Shown: one piece after another, positions 50,816-60,113 of the stretch
Layout: each line of letters opens with the position of its first letter
Numbering within the stretch: position 1 is the stretch's first letter
The notes under the pieces: generated by a model
The model's input: the letters and a program-made list of their open reading frames with translations, nothing else
What the model was told of the DNA's origin: nothing
The model's database searches: none
Translations under genes and position numbers: made by a program
NCBI GenBank assembly: GCA_965222375.1
Contig: CBDCTZ010000005.1
Location: forward strand, 416,001-480,000
Direction: 5' to 3'
DNA length: 64,000 nt
Source: Polyangiaceae bacterium
Lineage (GTDB): Bacteria > Myxococcota_A > Polyangia > Polyangiales > Polyangiaceae

Positions 50816-51835
50816 TCAGGCCGCTGAAGGCGCCTGGTCCGGCAATGACACGCCCATTTCAGCGAAGGCGGCGCGGGACGCCCGCCGCTGGAGGGGGCGG
50901 AGGTAGCCGTAGAACACTGCGTTCTGCAGCACCAAGCGAGCGACCATGTACACCTCGAGCAGATCGATCGCCGTGAACACCGTGATGCCGAAGACCAGGG
51001 AGCCGAACCCGAAGAAGCCCCTGAAGATCCGCATCGGCCGTTCGGCATGTGCACGGTAGATACGCGCGTTCTCTTCGTTGTAGGCAGGGAACCGCGAGAA
51101 CATCGAGCTCGTGTGCGCGTCGAACTTGGATGCGTAATCCGCCTGGCTCTTGACGTAGAAGAGGTACACCGGCCACGAGAGCCGAATCAGCAAGCCACCC
51201 TCGGCTCGCTTGACCTGGTAGCGCGCCAACGCCGTTTCGTAGTCTTCCGCTTCACGGAAGCGAGCGTTGGTGAGACTCAGGTAAACGTTTTTGAAGTGGT
51301 CGTACATGCTGGTGTGGAAGGAGCCCGTCACAGCCGTCGCCGCGCATAGCCCCAGCGCGATAGCGCCCATCCACCAGGTATCGTTGTACTTGCTCCACAC
51401 CGCAAAGCAGGCACCGCCAACTGCAGCCACCGAGACGACTAGATCCGCCGTTCCGTCCAACATCCGACCCAGGGGGCTGGAAGTGCCGCGCATGCGCGCG
51501 AGCTGACCGTCCGCACAATCGAAGATCGCTGACAGGAAGATGCACAGGGCACCGAGCTGCATGTGATACGGCGACGATGTGAACAGAAAGAAGCCACCTG
51601 CAACCCCGAAGGCGATCGAGATCAACGTCACCATGTTCGGCGATATCGGCGTGGGGTAGAGCGCCTTGGTAAGAAGATACGCCAGCGGCCGATGCACCCA
51701 CACGTCGATGGGCTCCTCGACGTCGAGAGGCTTGAGGGTCTTCTTGTAGGACGCCCAGAAGCCCTCGGGATGCGCTTCGACGATGGATCCCACGCCTTGG
51801 CGGGACTCAGGTGCTACGTCGAAGACAGAACTCAT
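50816..51835 (-). CDS. CDP-alcohol phosphotransferase
   Basis: ISPNMVT; complete signature DCADGQLARMRGTSSPLGRMLDGTAD. Confidence 0.92.
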   Translation of the reverse strand: MSSVFDVAPESRQGVGSIVEAHPEGFWASYKKTLKPLDVEEPIDVWVHRPLAYLLTKALYPTPISPNMVTLISIAFGVAGGFFLFTSSPYHMQLGALCIFLSAIFDCADGQLARMRGTSSPLGRMLDGTADLVVSVAAVGGACFAVWSKYNDTWWMGAIALGLCAATAVTGSFHTSMYDHFKNVYLSLTNARFREAEDYETALARYQVKRAEGGLLIRLSWPVYLFYVKSQADYASKFDAHTSSMFSRFPAYNEENARIYRAHAERPMRIFRGFFGFGSLVFGITVFTAIDLLEVYMVARLVLQNAVFYGYLRPLQRRASRAAFAEMGVSLPDQAPSAA

Positions 51836-51846
51836 GACTCAATCCC

Positions 51847-53748
51847 TCACTCGGCGTCCGTCGCGTACAGCGGGCGGACGTTTCGTCGCACCGAGCGTAC
51901 GACGCGGGCCAAAGCGCCCAAGCAGCGCATGTTGTCCGAGGCGCTGCCCACGGTGACACGCACGAAGCTCTTCTCCGCGTGATGGGCGCCCAGAGAGCGA
52001 ATCAACACGCCTTCGTCCTGCATTCGGCGCACGAGCTCATCCGCTGATAGGCCGGTCGCGGAAACGTCAATCAGCACGAAGTTGCCATCGCTCGACAGTG
52101 CTTTCAGCCCCGGCAGCGCAGAAATCCTGTCGATCAGCCCTTCGCGCTCGGACTTGAGCTCGTCGATGCGGCGCTCCTGCTCCTGCGAGTCATCCAGGGC
52201 GGCCATGGCTGCGGCCAGGGTGATCTCCGGCAGATTCCACGGGACCTTCACTCGCTCCAACAGGCGAATGCACACTGGGTGTGCCAATGCGTAGCCCAAG
52301 CGAAGACCTGCGAGGCCGTAAGCCTTTGAAAACGTCCTGAGCACGAGGGCGTTGGGGAACTCCGCAATCAGGTGGCGCACGGACTCACCACCCGCGAGCT
52401 CGATGTATGCCTCGTCGATGACCGTAGGTAGGCCCAGGCCAAGCAGGCGCCGCATCTCCGCTTCGGGAATGCGGTTGCCAGTCGGGTTGTTCGGCGTACA
52501 CAGAAAGAGCACTTTGGTGCGTTCCGTCACGGCACGCAGCATCCCAATGACGTCGTGCTCTTGGTCTTCGCGCATCGGGACCAGCACCGGAATCCCCCCA
52601 GCCGCCCTGGTGCGAGCCTCGTACATGCTGAATGTCGGCACGCTGAGCAGCACTTCTTCACCCGGCGCGACGAAGGTCCGAATGATGATGTCGATGAGCT
52701 CGGTCGAGCCGGCGCCCAAAATGACATGCTCCGCGCTGAGTTTTTCTCGCTGCCCCAAGCGCTCTCGCAGCTCCGGGCCCGCGGAAGGGTATAGATTGCC
52801 CCGCAGAGCCGCGTCGAGGATCGCCTGCACCACGCGCTCACTGGGCGCGAAGGGGCTTTCGTTGCTCATCATTCGCAACAGATCCCCACGCTCCGCGGTA
52901 GCGAAGTGGGCTTCGTTGTACGGTTTGGCAGCCCGCACCCAGCTGGGAGCGAATAGCTCGAGGGCTTCGGGATCGTAACTGCGGGGTCCCGTACCCGGCT
53001 CGTCGCCGAGGGTCTCGCCGAAGACACGGAGCATGGCTTCGGCCCGCCCCAGGGCTTCCGGAGTGTCCACGTCAATCCAGCGTACGTCGCCGACATCCAC
53101 GGTGACGAACGTGCCCTTCTCGGCGAGGGCGCAAACACCCTCCGACAAGGAGCAATCGCCATTGGCAGCATCCAGCCGGCTGAGCTCTTCGATCAGCCGC
53201 GGACCAATTCGGAACACACCCGTGTCGATCGCATGGTAGTGGGGGATCTCTTTGCCGATATCCGTTATCCGTCCGGCGTCAACTTTGACCTTGGTCGCGT
53301 CATCCAGATCGAAACAACGCTCGATATCGAAGTCGATAGCGAGGGCGCAGGTGCCTTCTTCGAGATCTGCTGACAGCAGCCGACGCACCAACTCCGGGGA
53401 GTAGAGGTGGTCAGCCATCGTCAGAACGCATTCCTGATCGATGAACTCGGAGGCTGCGAGCAGCGAAACGCCGTTCTTGTTCAAGTAGCGGTCGTTGGTG
53501 AGGAAGTTCAGGTCCAGAAGCAGCGTGGGGTCTTCGAGAATCGCAGCGCGCACTTCTTCGCCGCGATGGCCCACGATGATGACGGCCTCGCGAATGCCCG
53601 CCTCTTGGAGGGAGCGGAGCACCCGGACCACGAGCGGGACGCCATGTACAGGGCGTAGGGGCTTGGGCACCGGAGCGGCCCCGTTGCCAAGGCGCGACCC
53701 CGTGCCTGCGGCCAAAACCACTGCGCGTGTCACTGCCCTAGAAGCCAT
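51847..53748 (-). CDS. Fusion: IPCT-like nucleotidyltransferase + HisC-like PLP class I/II enzyme
   Basis: N-domain LAAGTGSRL, NGVSL, MADHLY, DATKV, IGK, DTGVF, WIDVDT. C-domain SNESPF, PTFSMY, PNNPTG, DEAY, RTFSKAYGLAGLRLGY. Confidence 0.88.
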   Translation of the reverse strand: MASRAVTRAVVLAAGTGSRLGNGAAPVPKPLRPVHGVPLVVRVLRSLQEAGIREAVIIVGHRGEEVRAAILEDPTLLLDLNFLTNDRYLNKNGVSLLAASEFIDQECVLTMADHLYSPELVRRLLSADLEEGTCALAIDFDIERCFDLDDATKVKVDAGRITDIGKEIPHYHAIDTGVFRIGPRLIEELSRLDAANGDCSLSEGVCALAEKGTFVTVDVGDVRWIDVDTPEALGRAEAMLRVFGETLGDEPGTGPRSYDPEALELFAPSWVRAAKPYNEAHFATAERGDLLRMMSNESPFAPSERVVQAILDAALRGNLYPSAGPELRERLGQREKLSAEHVILGAGSTELIDIIIRTFVAPGEEVLLSVPTFSMYEARTRAAGGIPVLVPMREDQEHDVIGMLRAVTERTKVLFLCTPNNPTGNRIPEAEMRRLLGLGLPTVIDEAYIELAGGESVRHLIAEFPNALVLRTFSKAYGLAGLRLGYALAHPVCIRLLERVKVPWNLPEITLAAAMAALDDSQEQERRIDELKSEREGLIDRISALPGLKALSSDGNFVLIDVSATGLSADELVRRMQDEGVLIRSLGAHHAEKSFVRVTVGSASDNMRCLGALARVVRSVRRNVRPLYATDAE

Positions 53749-53850
53749 GCTCTTGTCTCGCTTTCATCCCACTACCAGGCGCGCGGTGGATACCACGCAG
53801 CGCGTTAAATCGGCAAATTCTTTTTCGTTCTAATGACTTACCAATGTGTA

Positions 53851-53879
53851 GGTGTGCCTCGCACACCACACTGTGGTGT
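53851..53879. promoter_or_regulatory. Overlapping inverted repeats upstream of the fusion gene (candidate operator)
   Basis: ACACCACA-c-TGTGGTGT (53863-53879) and GGTGTGC-ctc-GCACACC (53851-53867) next to an AT-rich tract. Confidence 0.4.
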
Positions 53880-54221
53880 TTTGGCAACACTAGTCCGGCC
53901 GGGCAGCTAGCGACCCGAGCTCACGTCCGCGTCGGCCAGATTGGGCAGCAGCCTCGGATATTTCGAGCCGGGACGGCTGCGCGTATTTCAGTTCGTTGCT
54001 CTCCTGCTACGTGAAAGAGCAATCACGGTGCCAGGTGCTCAGGTGCGTCATTGTCTTCGCACCTGAAACCGGCCGCAGCCCGCGATCCCGGGCCAACCGC
54101 CTGGTCAAGAGGGCAGACGCCGAGATCTACGCAGTGCGAAAAGAGCCGTTACCAGCGTGCGACGGAAGCACACCCGTGACCGGCGGATCCCACTTATCGG
54201 CACACCACGCTTACCACTCCG

Positions 54222-54947
54222 TCACTGGCCGAACAGCCGAGTAGCGCGTTCGAGGTCAGCGGCGTCATCGATCTCAGTCCAGCGCAAGTCACCCACCCCG
54301 ACGACTTGCGCGCTCTGACCGTCGCGAACGAGCTCGTCGTAGACGTGCTCGTAATAGACATCCGTGCGGCCAGATTTCACAACACGATCGATCGCACCGA
54401 AGAGCTCACCCGAGAGGCTCGTATCGATGCGCTCGATTCCAATGGTCTCTCCAACGGACTCCGTCAGGGCCAGTCCCTTGCCGAACGCGACGATGGCGTC
54501 CCCGCGCACACGAACCTTCATCGCCTCGGCATCTACTTGCCGCTCGGCATCTACCGCAACAGCCAGGGCTGCGGGGCAGGAATCCAGCCTCGAAAGCACC
54601 GCGGGATCGAACACGACGTCGCCGTCCAATTTGAAAAAGGCATCACCGGCAACGGCGTTCCGACACAGTGCCAAAGACACCACGTTCTGTGTCGTTTCGT
54701 AGTCAGGGTTGTGGCACAGAGTCACGCGCTCGACGCGTCCAACGAGACGACGTTCGATGGCATCCTCGCGGTAGCCAGTTGCGATGACGACGTGCTGCAC
54801 GCCGTATTCAGCGAGGGCATCGCACGCCCGCTCGAGAATACTCCGACCCTGCACCTCGACGAGGGCTTTTGGCCGATCGTCGGTCAAGGGACGCAGGCGA
54901 GAGCCCACACCCGCTGCCAAGATCACCGCAGTGCGTGTTTGGGCCAT
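54222..54947 (-). CDS. LicC/PntC-like (phosphocholine-family) cytidylyltransferase
   Basis: ILAAGVGSRLRPLTDDRPK, NPDYETTQN, LDGDVVF, EAMKV, GETIGI, YYE, WTEIDD. Confidence 0.85.
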   Translation of the reverse strand: MAQTRTAVILAAGVGSRLRPLTDDRPKALVEVQGRSILERACDALAEYGVQHVVIATGYREDAIERRLVGRVERVTLCHNPDYETTQNVVSLALCRNAVAGDAFFKLDGDVVFDPAVLSRLDSCPAALAVAVDAERQVDAEAMKVRVRGDAIVAFGKGLALTESVGETIGIERIDTSLSGELFGAIDRVVKSGRTDVYYEHVYDELVRDGQSAQVVGVGDLRWTEIDDAADLERATRLFGQ

Positions 54948-54968
54948 AGCCGGGCACGATTGCATACG

Positions 54969-54983
54969 GGCACGTGCCTTGCT
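54969..54983 (+). promoter_or_regulatory. Candidate sigma54 (-24/-12) promoter of ino1
   Basis: GGCACGTGCCTTGCT matches GG-N10-GC with GGCACG and TTGC. Confidence 0.4.
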
Positions 54984-54995
54984 AGTCACCCCGCG

Positions 54996-56309
54996 ATGAA
55001 ACAACCCACCAAGCTACAGAAGTCCGAGGGCAAGCTTGCGGTCTTGCTGCCCGGTCTCGGCGCCGTTGCCACCACGTTCATTGCGGGATGCATGTTGGCG
55101 CGAAAGGGCGTCGCGAAGCCCACGGGATCGGTCACGCAGCTGGGCACCATTCGCCTCGGCAAGCGGACTGAAGGGCGAGTGCCCAAGATTCGCGAGTTCG
55201 CCCCGCTGGCGGCTTTGGAGGACTTGGAGTTTGCGGGTTGGGATCTGTTCCCCGACAGCGCGTATGAGGCGGCGGAGACAGCAAACGTGCTCGATCACCG
55301 GCATCTGGAGCAAGTCAAGGACGAGCTGTCCGCAATCAACCCCATGCCCGCGGTGTTCTATCCGGAATACGTCAAACGCCTGAACGGCACCCACTTGAAG
55401 ACCGGGAAGACCAAGGCGGACATGGTGGAAGCGCTCCGTCAGGACATCCGCGACACGATTCGAGACCGGGGCTGCAGCCGCGCGGTCGCGGTGTGGTGCG
55501 GTTCGACGGAAGTGTACGTCGAGCCCAGTGCCGTCCACCAGAGTGTCAGCGCTTTCGAAAAGGGACTGCTTCAAAACGACGCCAACATCACGAGTTCGAT
55601 GATCTACGCCTGGGCATGCATGAAAGAGGGCGTGCCCTATGCCAATGGTGCACCGAATCTGAGCGCGGACTTCCCCGCTGCCCTCGAACTGTCCAAAGAA
55701 ACCCAAACCCCAATCGCAGGCAAAGACTTCAAGACCGGGCAGACGCTCATGAAGACCATCTTGGCACCAGGCCTGAAGGCTCGCATGTTGGGGCTGAACG
55801 GCTGGTTCTCGACCAACATCTTGGGCAATCGGGATGGCGAAGTACTGGACGACCCGGACAACTTCAAAACCAAAGAAGTCAGCAAGCTCGGAGTGCTGGA
55901 GCACATCCTCCAACCCGAGGTGTATCCGGAGCTCTATGGCGACGTGTATCACAAGGTCCGCATCAACTATTACCCACCGCGAGGCGACGCCAAGGAGGGC
56001 TGGGACAACCTGGATATCTTCGGTTGGCTTGGCTATCCGATGCAGATCAAGGTGGATTTCCTGTGTCGAGATTCCATCTTGGCAGCACCCATCGTTCTGG
56101 ACCTTGCTCTATTCATGGACTTGGCGAAGCGCGCGGGCTTCCGCGGCGTCCAAGAGTGGCTCTCATTCTTCTTCAAGAGCCCGATGGTCGCGGAAGGACT
56201 GTACCCAGAACACGACCTGTTCATTCAGTCCATGAAGATGAAAAACACCCTACGCTGGATGATGGGTGAGAACCTCATCACGCACTTGGGTAACGAGTAC
56301 TACGACTGA
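54996..56309 (+). CDS. ino1: myo-Inositol-1-phosphate synthase
   Basis: GLGAVATT, WCGSTE, NGAPN, GKDFKTGQTLMKT, NILGNRDG, GDAKEGWD, CRDSILAAP, SFFFKSP. Confidence 0.95.
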   Translation: MKQPTKLQKSEGKLAVLLPGLGAVATTFIAGCMLARKGVAKPTGSVTQLGTIRLGKRTEGRVPKIREFAPLAALEDLEFAGWDLFPDSAYEAAETANVLDHRHLEQVKDELSAINPMPAVFYPEYVKRLNGTHLKTGKTKADMVEALRQDIRDTIRDRGCSRAVAVWCGSTEVYVEPSAVHQSVSAFEKGLLQNDANITSSMIYAWACMKEGVPYANGAPNLSADFPAALELSKETQTPIAGKDFKTGQTLMKTILAPGLKARMLGLNGWFSTNILGNRDGEVLDDPDNFKTKEVSKLGVLEHILQPEVYPELYGDVYHKVRINYYPPRGDAKEGWDNLDIFGWLGYPMQIKVDFLCRDSILAAPIVLDLALFMDLAKRAGFRGVQEWLSFFFKSPMVAEGLYPEHDLFIQSMKMKNTLRWMMGENLITHLGNEYYD

Positions 56310-56326
56310 GTGCTAGCTAGGCGCCG

Positions 56327-58525
56327 TCAGGCCAGGCCCGCACGGCGCCGCGCGAACCAGTGACCCCCGATGGCCAGTGCCGCCAACAGTGCCCACACCC
56401 AGGGCGGCAGCACGGCCGCGACGTGTCGTTCAGACGCAACCAGGGTGGACTCGGGCTGCGGTAGCTTATCGAGTTCGCTCAGAGGGATGCTCTGCCCGCG
56501 AGTCACGTTCGAGATGCTTTTCATGCGGGCCGGATCGGGTCGCGAATCCGCCCAGGCCGCGCCACCGCGCTCGCACGCGAAGTCAAAGCGCGCAGGCGGA
56601 GCCTCTCCGACGCGCACTTTGGCCGCGTAGCCACCGGTTTCGAGTACACCCAAGCTCACGTCCACGGGACCGCTCTCCCCCGCTGGAGCCTCGCGACTTT
56701 CCGGGCTCGGTCGCTCCTTGCCCAGGCGCTGGAGCTCGACCTTCACCTTTCCCTTTGTCTTGGCCAGAGGTGTCACGCGCAGGCTCGTGGGCTCGCCAGC
56801 GAAACACGGCGAGGTCAACGCGATACGCGCAGCTTCGTAGCGGGGGTCACGCATGAGCCAACCCAGCAGACCATCCCAGAGCGCGCCATAGGCTCGCCCA
56901 GCCGCATTCGCCCCCTGTTCGCTCCACGCCATGCGATAGGTCGCATCCAGCGCCAGAGCGATGCTCCGCCCGTCCCCCGCCTCCCCCAGCGCGAGCAGGG
57001 GCATGGCTTGATTGGCGACGCGGCGAGACGGGTGGGACCACAGCACCAAGCTGCCTGAACGCGCGGGCCCGACGGTGTTCGAGCCGACGAAGGTTGGTAG
57101 CGCGTCGCCCAGGACATCGCGCACACCGCGAAGCACCGGGGCCGCGCGGCCCACCTCGGTGTACGCGGGCACGACCTCGAGCAAATCGAAGGGCTTCTGC
57201 GAATCCGAGAGTTCGACCGGCAAGGCACGACCGAGAGCAGACCCCGCATAACCCCCGCCAGCGAAGGACGATGGGCCACCGACCATGATCAGGCCACCAC
57301 CAGATTCCACGTAGCGAGCCAATGCCGGCAGGTGGCGGGAGAGCTTGTATTCCAGAGCGTCAATGTCCTGCAAAACGACCGCGTCGAAGCTCGGCAAGTG
57401 CTCCGTGAACAACTCGTCCACGGGAAATGGGATCAGCGCCAGTTCGGATTCGTCGTCGGTCCCGGGGTCGTCCGTGTTGGAGCGCAAAATGAAGAACGCC
57501 ACCAAGTCGACGGATTCGTCACCCTTGAGCCAGGTGCGCAGCATGCGCACGTCGTAGGTGGGTCGGCCAGCGACGTGCAGCAGCCGCAGGCGCTCTCGCG
57601 TCACACGAAAGGAGAGAATGCGGCGATTGTTGGCCGGAATGGTGTCGCCGTCGGGCGCGTCGATGGCGACCTCGACAATGCGTTCTCCGGCCCGCTCCAA
57701 GACGATGTTAAGGTCCACGGTCCCAACGCCGTCATTGATCTCCACGTTGCCCCGAGCCAGTCGCGCAGGCGCGGCCCCATATCGCAACTCCCGCACGACG
57801 ACAGGAACCCTCTCGCAGACCAGGCCACCCGCGCAGGCGATCTCGACGGTCAAGTTCAATCGCTGGTGGGCAACCGCAGCGCCCGCTGCGCGCACCGCCC
57901 TCACCATGGCATCCTTGGGCTGTCTATCGGTTACGCGCAGGGAGTGGACCGGTGGCGACACGGGGGGCAGGGCCGCGCGCAGCGCGACTTCATCCAATTG
58001 CTCAATGGGACGGGTGAGACGGCCATCGCTCACGACTACGATGGCGCCGGGTTTTTCGTCACCGGTTTCGAGCAGCTCTGCCAGAGCTGCGGAGAGGTCA
58101 CTCACTTCCGCCCGGGTGGACTTGCTGGGCGGGTCGGAGACGGGGCGGGGCGAGGCTTCGTCGAACTCCAGCACGGTCACCCGACTCTGACTGAAGTGCT
58201 TTCGCAGCTTGTCCGCTGCTTTGAGGGCATGTGCGCGCCGCGTCGAATCATCCAAGGGCAACAGCAAGCGCCTGGAGGCATCCACCAGCACGACAACCTT
58301 GGGTCCGACTTCCGTACCGGTCACGTCCACCCGCACGGGGCGGAGAACGGCGCACAGCAGCAGCGCAGCGGCGGCAATACCAGACACCACTAACCCCAAG
58401 TGAAATCGTTCTGCCCGTCGGGCTTCGCTGACAAGCAGAAGGATCGAGGCCAATGCGAGCGCCGCGGCGACAACCGTGACGGAGCTTGGCAAGTCCTCGC
58501 TGAGGGCCCAGGAGCGCTGACTCAT
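56327..58525 (-). CDS. Membrane protein with VWA-like and DUF1355/GATase1-like domains
   Basis: N-terminal TMs, VVLVDAS, VVVSDG, DLVAFFILR, GGGLIMVGGPSSFAGGGY, C-terminal TM. Confidence 0.78.
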   Translation of the reverse strand: MSQRSWALSEDLPSSVTVVAAALALASILLLVSEARRAERFHLGLVVSGIAAAALLLCAVLRPVRVDVTGTEVGPKVVVLVDASRRLLLPLDDSTRRAHALKAADKLRKHFSQSRVTVLEFDEASPRPVSDPPSKSTRAEVSDLSAALAELLETGDEKPGAIVVVSDGRLTRPIEQLDEVALRAALPPVSPPVHSLRVTDRQPKDAMVRAVRAAGAAVAHQRLNLTVEIACAGGLVCERVPVVVRELRYGAAPARLARGNVEINDGVGTVDLNIVLERAGERIVEVAIDAPDGDTIPANNRRILSFRVTRERLRLLHVAGRPTYDVRMLRTWLKGDESVDLVAFFILRSNTDDPGTDDESELALIPFPVDELFTEHLPSFDAVVLQDIDALEYKLSRHLPALARYVESGGGLIMVGGPSSFAGGGYAGSALGRALPVELSDSQKPFDLLEVVPAYTEVGRAAPVLRGVRDVLGDALPTFVGSNTVGPARSGSLVLWSHPSRRVANQAMPLLALGEAGDGRSIALALDATYRMAWSEQGANAAGRAYGALWDGLLGWLMRDPRYEAARIALTSPCFAGEPTSLRVTPLAKTKGKVKVELQRLGKERPSPESREAPAGESGPVDVSLGVLETGGYAAKVRVGEAPPARFDFACERGGAAWADSRPDPARMKSISNVTRGQSIPLSELDKLPQPESTLVASERHVAAVLPPWVWALLAALAIGGHWFARRRAGLA

Positions 58526-58538
58526 GCCGCGGCCGCCA

Positions 58539-59309
58539 TCAGGGCCTGCGGCCGGCACGTCGACGCATCAGGAACGGCGCGTGCACTTGGTCGTCCTTGT
58601 AGTCGGAACACAGGCTATACATTGCGATGTTCACAGCGAGCCGAATGGCATACTCCCGTTGGCGCTGCCCACCGGGCTCCACCGGCAAGGACCATGCGCC
58701 GCCCCGAGAACGCGCCATCGCGCCAAGCAGGTCGTGAGCCAAAAACAGCACCTGCGCGCTCTTGCCCCTTACGATGGCGTCTAGGGAGGGCTTGCCCAGC
58801 ACGCGACCCACAGGACGATCGATGATGTAGTAGGTCTTGTAGAGCACGTGGCTCGGGTCCAAGCGAACCGGTGGCGACGCCGGCAGCACGCGCGCCAACT
58901 CCCGCCGAGCCGCTCGACCAAAGGCGCCCGACTTGGGGTTCTGGTCATCCACCACTAGGAGACCCCCGAGCTTGAGGAAGCGTTCCAGCCCCCGTTGTTC
59001 CGGTCGGGACAAGGGCGGGATCTTCCCGGTCCCGCTCCACAGCGCAAAGGGCTCCGTCAAGAGCTTTGGGTCGTCGGCGCTCACGCGCGCCGAACCCAAG
59101 CGCGCCGGAGCGCTGGTTCTACGCACCAACTCGAAGGCCCAGCGAGCAGGTCCGCTATCCCGGGGCGCAACCAGTCGCTTGCCACCGATCGTGAGGATGC
59201 GCACAGAAAACGCGCCCGCTTGGCCAAAGCCGAGCCCAGGCGAGGCCAAGCCCAGGCTTGCAAGGCCGAGCAGCGCACCGCGGCGCCCGATGCGGGCGGA
59301 CTGAGGCAT
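58539..59309 (-). CDS. DUF4159-family protein with twin-arginine signal
   Basis: IGRRGALLG, LERFLKLGGLLVVDD, AVNIAMYSLCSDYKDDQVH. TGATG overlap. Confidence 0.78.
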   Translation of the reverse strand: MPQSARIGRRGALLGLASLGLASPGLGFGQAGAFSVRILTIGGKRLVAPRDSGPARWAFELVRRTSAPARLGSARVSADDPKLLTEPFALWSGTGKIPPLSRPEQRGLERFLKLGGLLVVDDQNPKSGAFGRAARRELARVLPASPPVRLDPSHVLYKTYYIIDRPVGRVLGKPSLDAIVRGKSAQVLFLAHDLLGAMARSRGGAWSLPVEPGGQRQREYAIRLAVNIAMYSLCSDYKDDQVHAPFLMRRRAGRRP

Positions 59310-59953
59310 CAATCGAAATCTTCGACGCGCCACACGCCCGCTTTGCGTCTCAACAGGACCTTATGTCCGCCAGGCAGAATCGCTTCGGCTTGATCACCGC
59401 GAATGCGTACATCCACGGTTGCAGGTTCCTCCAAACCGTCCACCAGCGAGCGCATATCCGCGTCGAGAGCGCCTCGACTCTCCTCCGTGAGCACTCGCAT
59501 CAGCGCCGGGTAACTGCGCCTCGACAGCGCACGGCGAAGCTCAGACAAAGCCTGGGCGGGAGTTCGCGCACCCGTGGGCAGGGTACCCGCTGAAGAAACC
59601 CGAAAACGATCGCCATCCAGAACCAATGCGGCTTCTTCGCCATCCGCGTAACGCACACGCGCGGAAGCTTCCACCTTGGCATCGGGTTGGGTCACGGCAT
59701 TCGCGATGCCGAGTAGCTCGGCACGAGAGTCCTTCACCAGCCGCCGCGTGCCTTCCTTGCCGTGGGTGCGCTTGGCGCTCGACGAAAGCAGCTCGTACAC
59801 CGAGTCTGCATCCCCGCGCTCGAGGGCCTTCTGGTATTCTGCGGCGGCATCCCGAGGGTCCGGAACGGCGCGGTGCCCACACCCTGCCGCCACTGCGATA
59901 CACGTGAGCTGTGCCCACAGCACACAGGCCCGCGAACAGCTCGGCATCGACAT
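59309..59953 (-). CDS. Hypothetical lipoprotein
   Basis: AVAAGC lipobox; two NTF2-like repeats ending LVLDGDRFRV and LRRKAGVWRV. The ORF-track extension to 60346 overlaps a + strand gene. Confidence 0.68.
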   Translation of the reverse strand: MSMPSCSRACVLWAQLTCIAVAAGCGHRAVPDPRDAAAEYQKALERGDADSVYELLSSSAKRTHGKEGTRRLVKDSRAELLGIANAVTQPDAKVEASARVRYADGEEAALVLDGDRFRVSSAGTLPTGARTPAQALSELRRALSRRSYPALMRVLTEESRGALDADMRSLVDGLEEPATVDVRIRGDQAEAILPGGHKVLLRRKAGVWRVEDFD

Positions 59954-60113
59954 GGGCCCAAGGCGTACCTTGCATCTTTTCCGGACGCAAACCACGCCGA
60001 CGGCCCCGGACGCAACCGCCCGGGCGAGCGTGGGCAACCGCTGCACCGACGCCGCACCCAACCGATAGACTTTGCCTGTCGCGCCGGACGTGACTACCTT
60101 TGGTGGAAGGTCA

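Noticed and set aside
54306..54995. N-terminal extension making Ino1 667 aa (apparent fusion)
   Set aside because: It is the antisense of the cytidylyltransferase gene; Ino1 similarity begins at ATG 54996.
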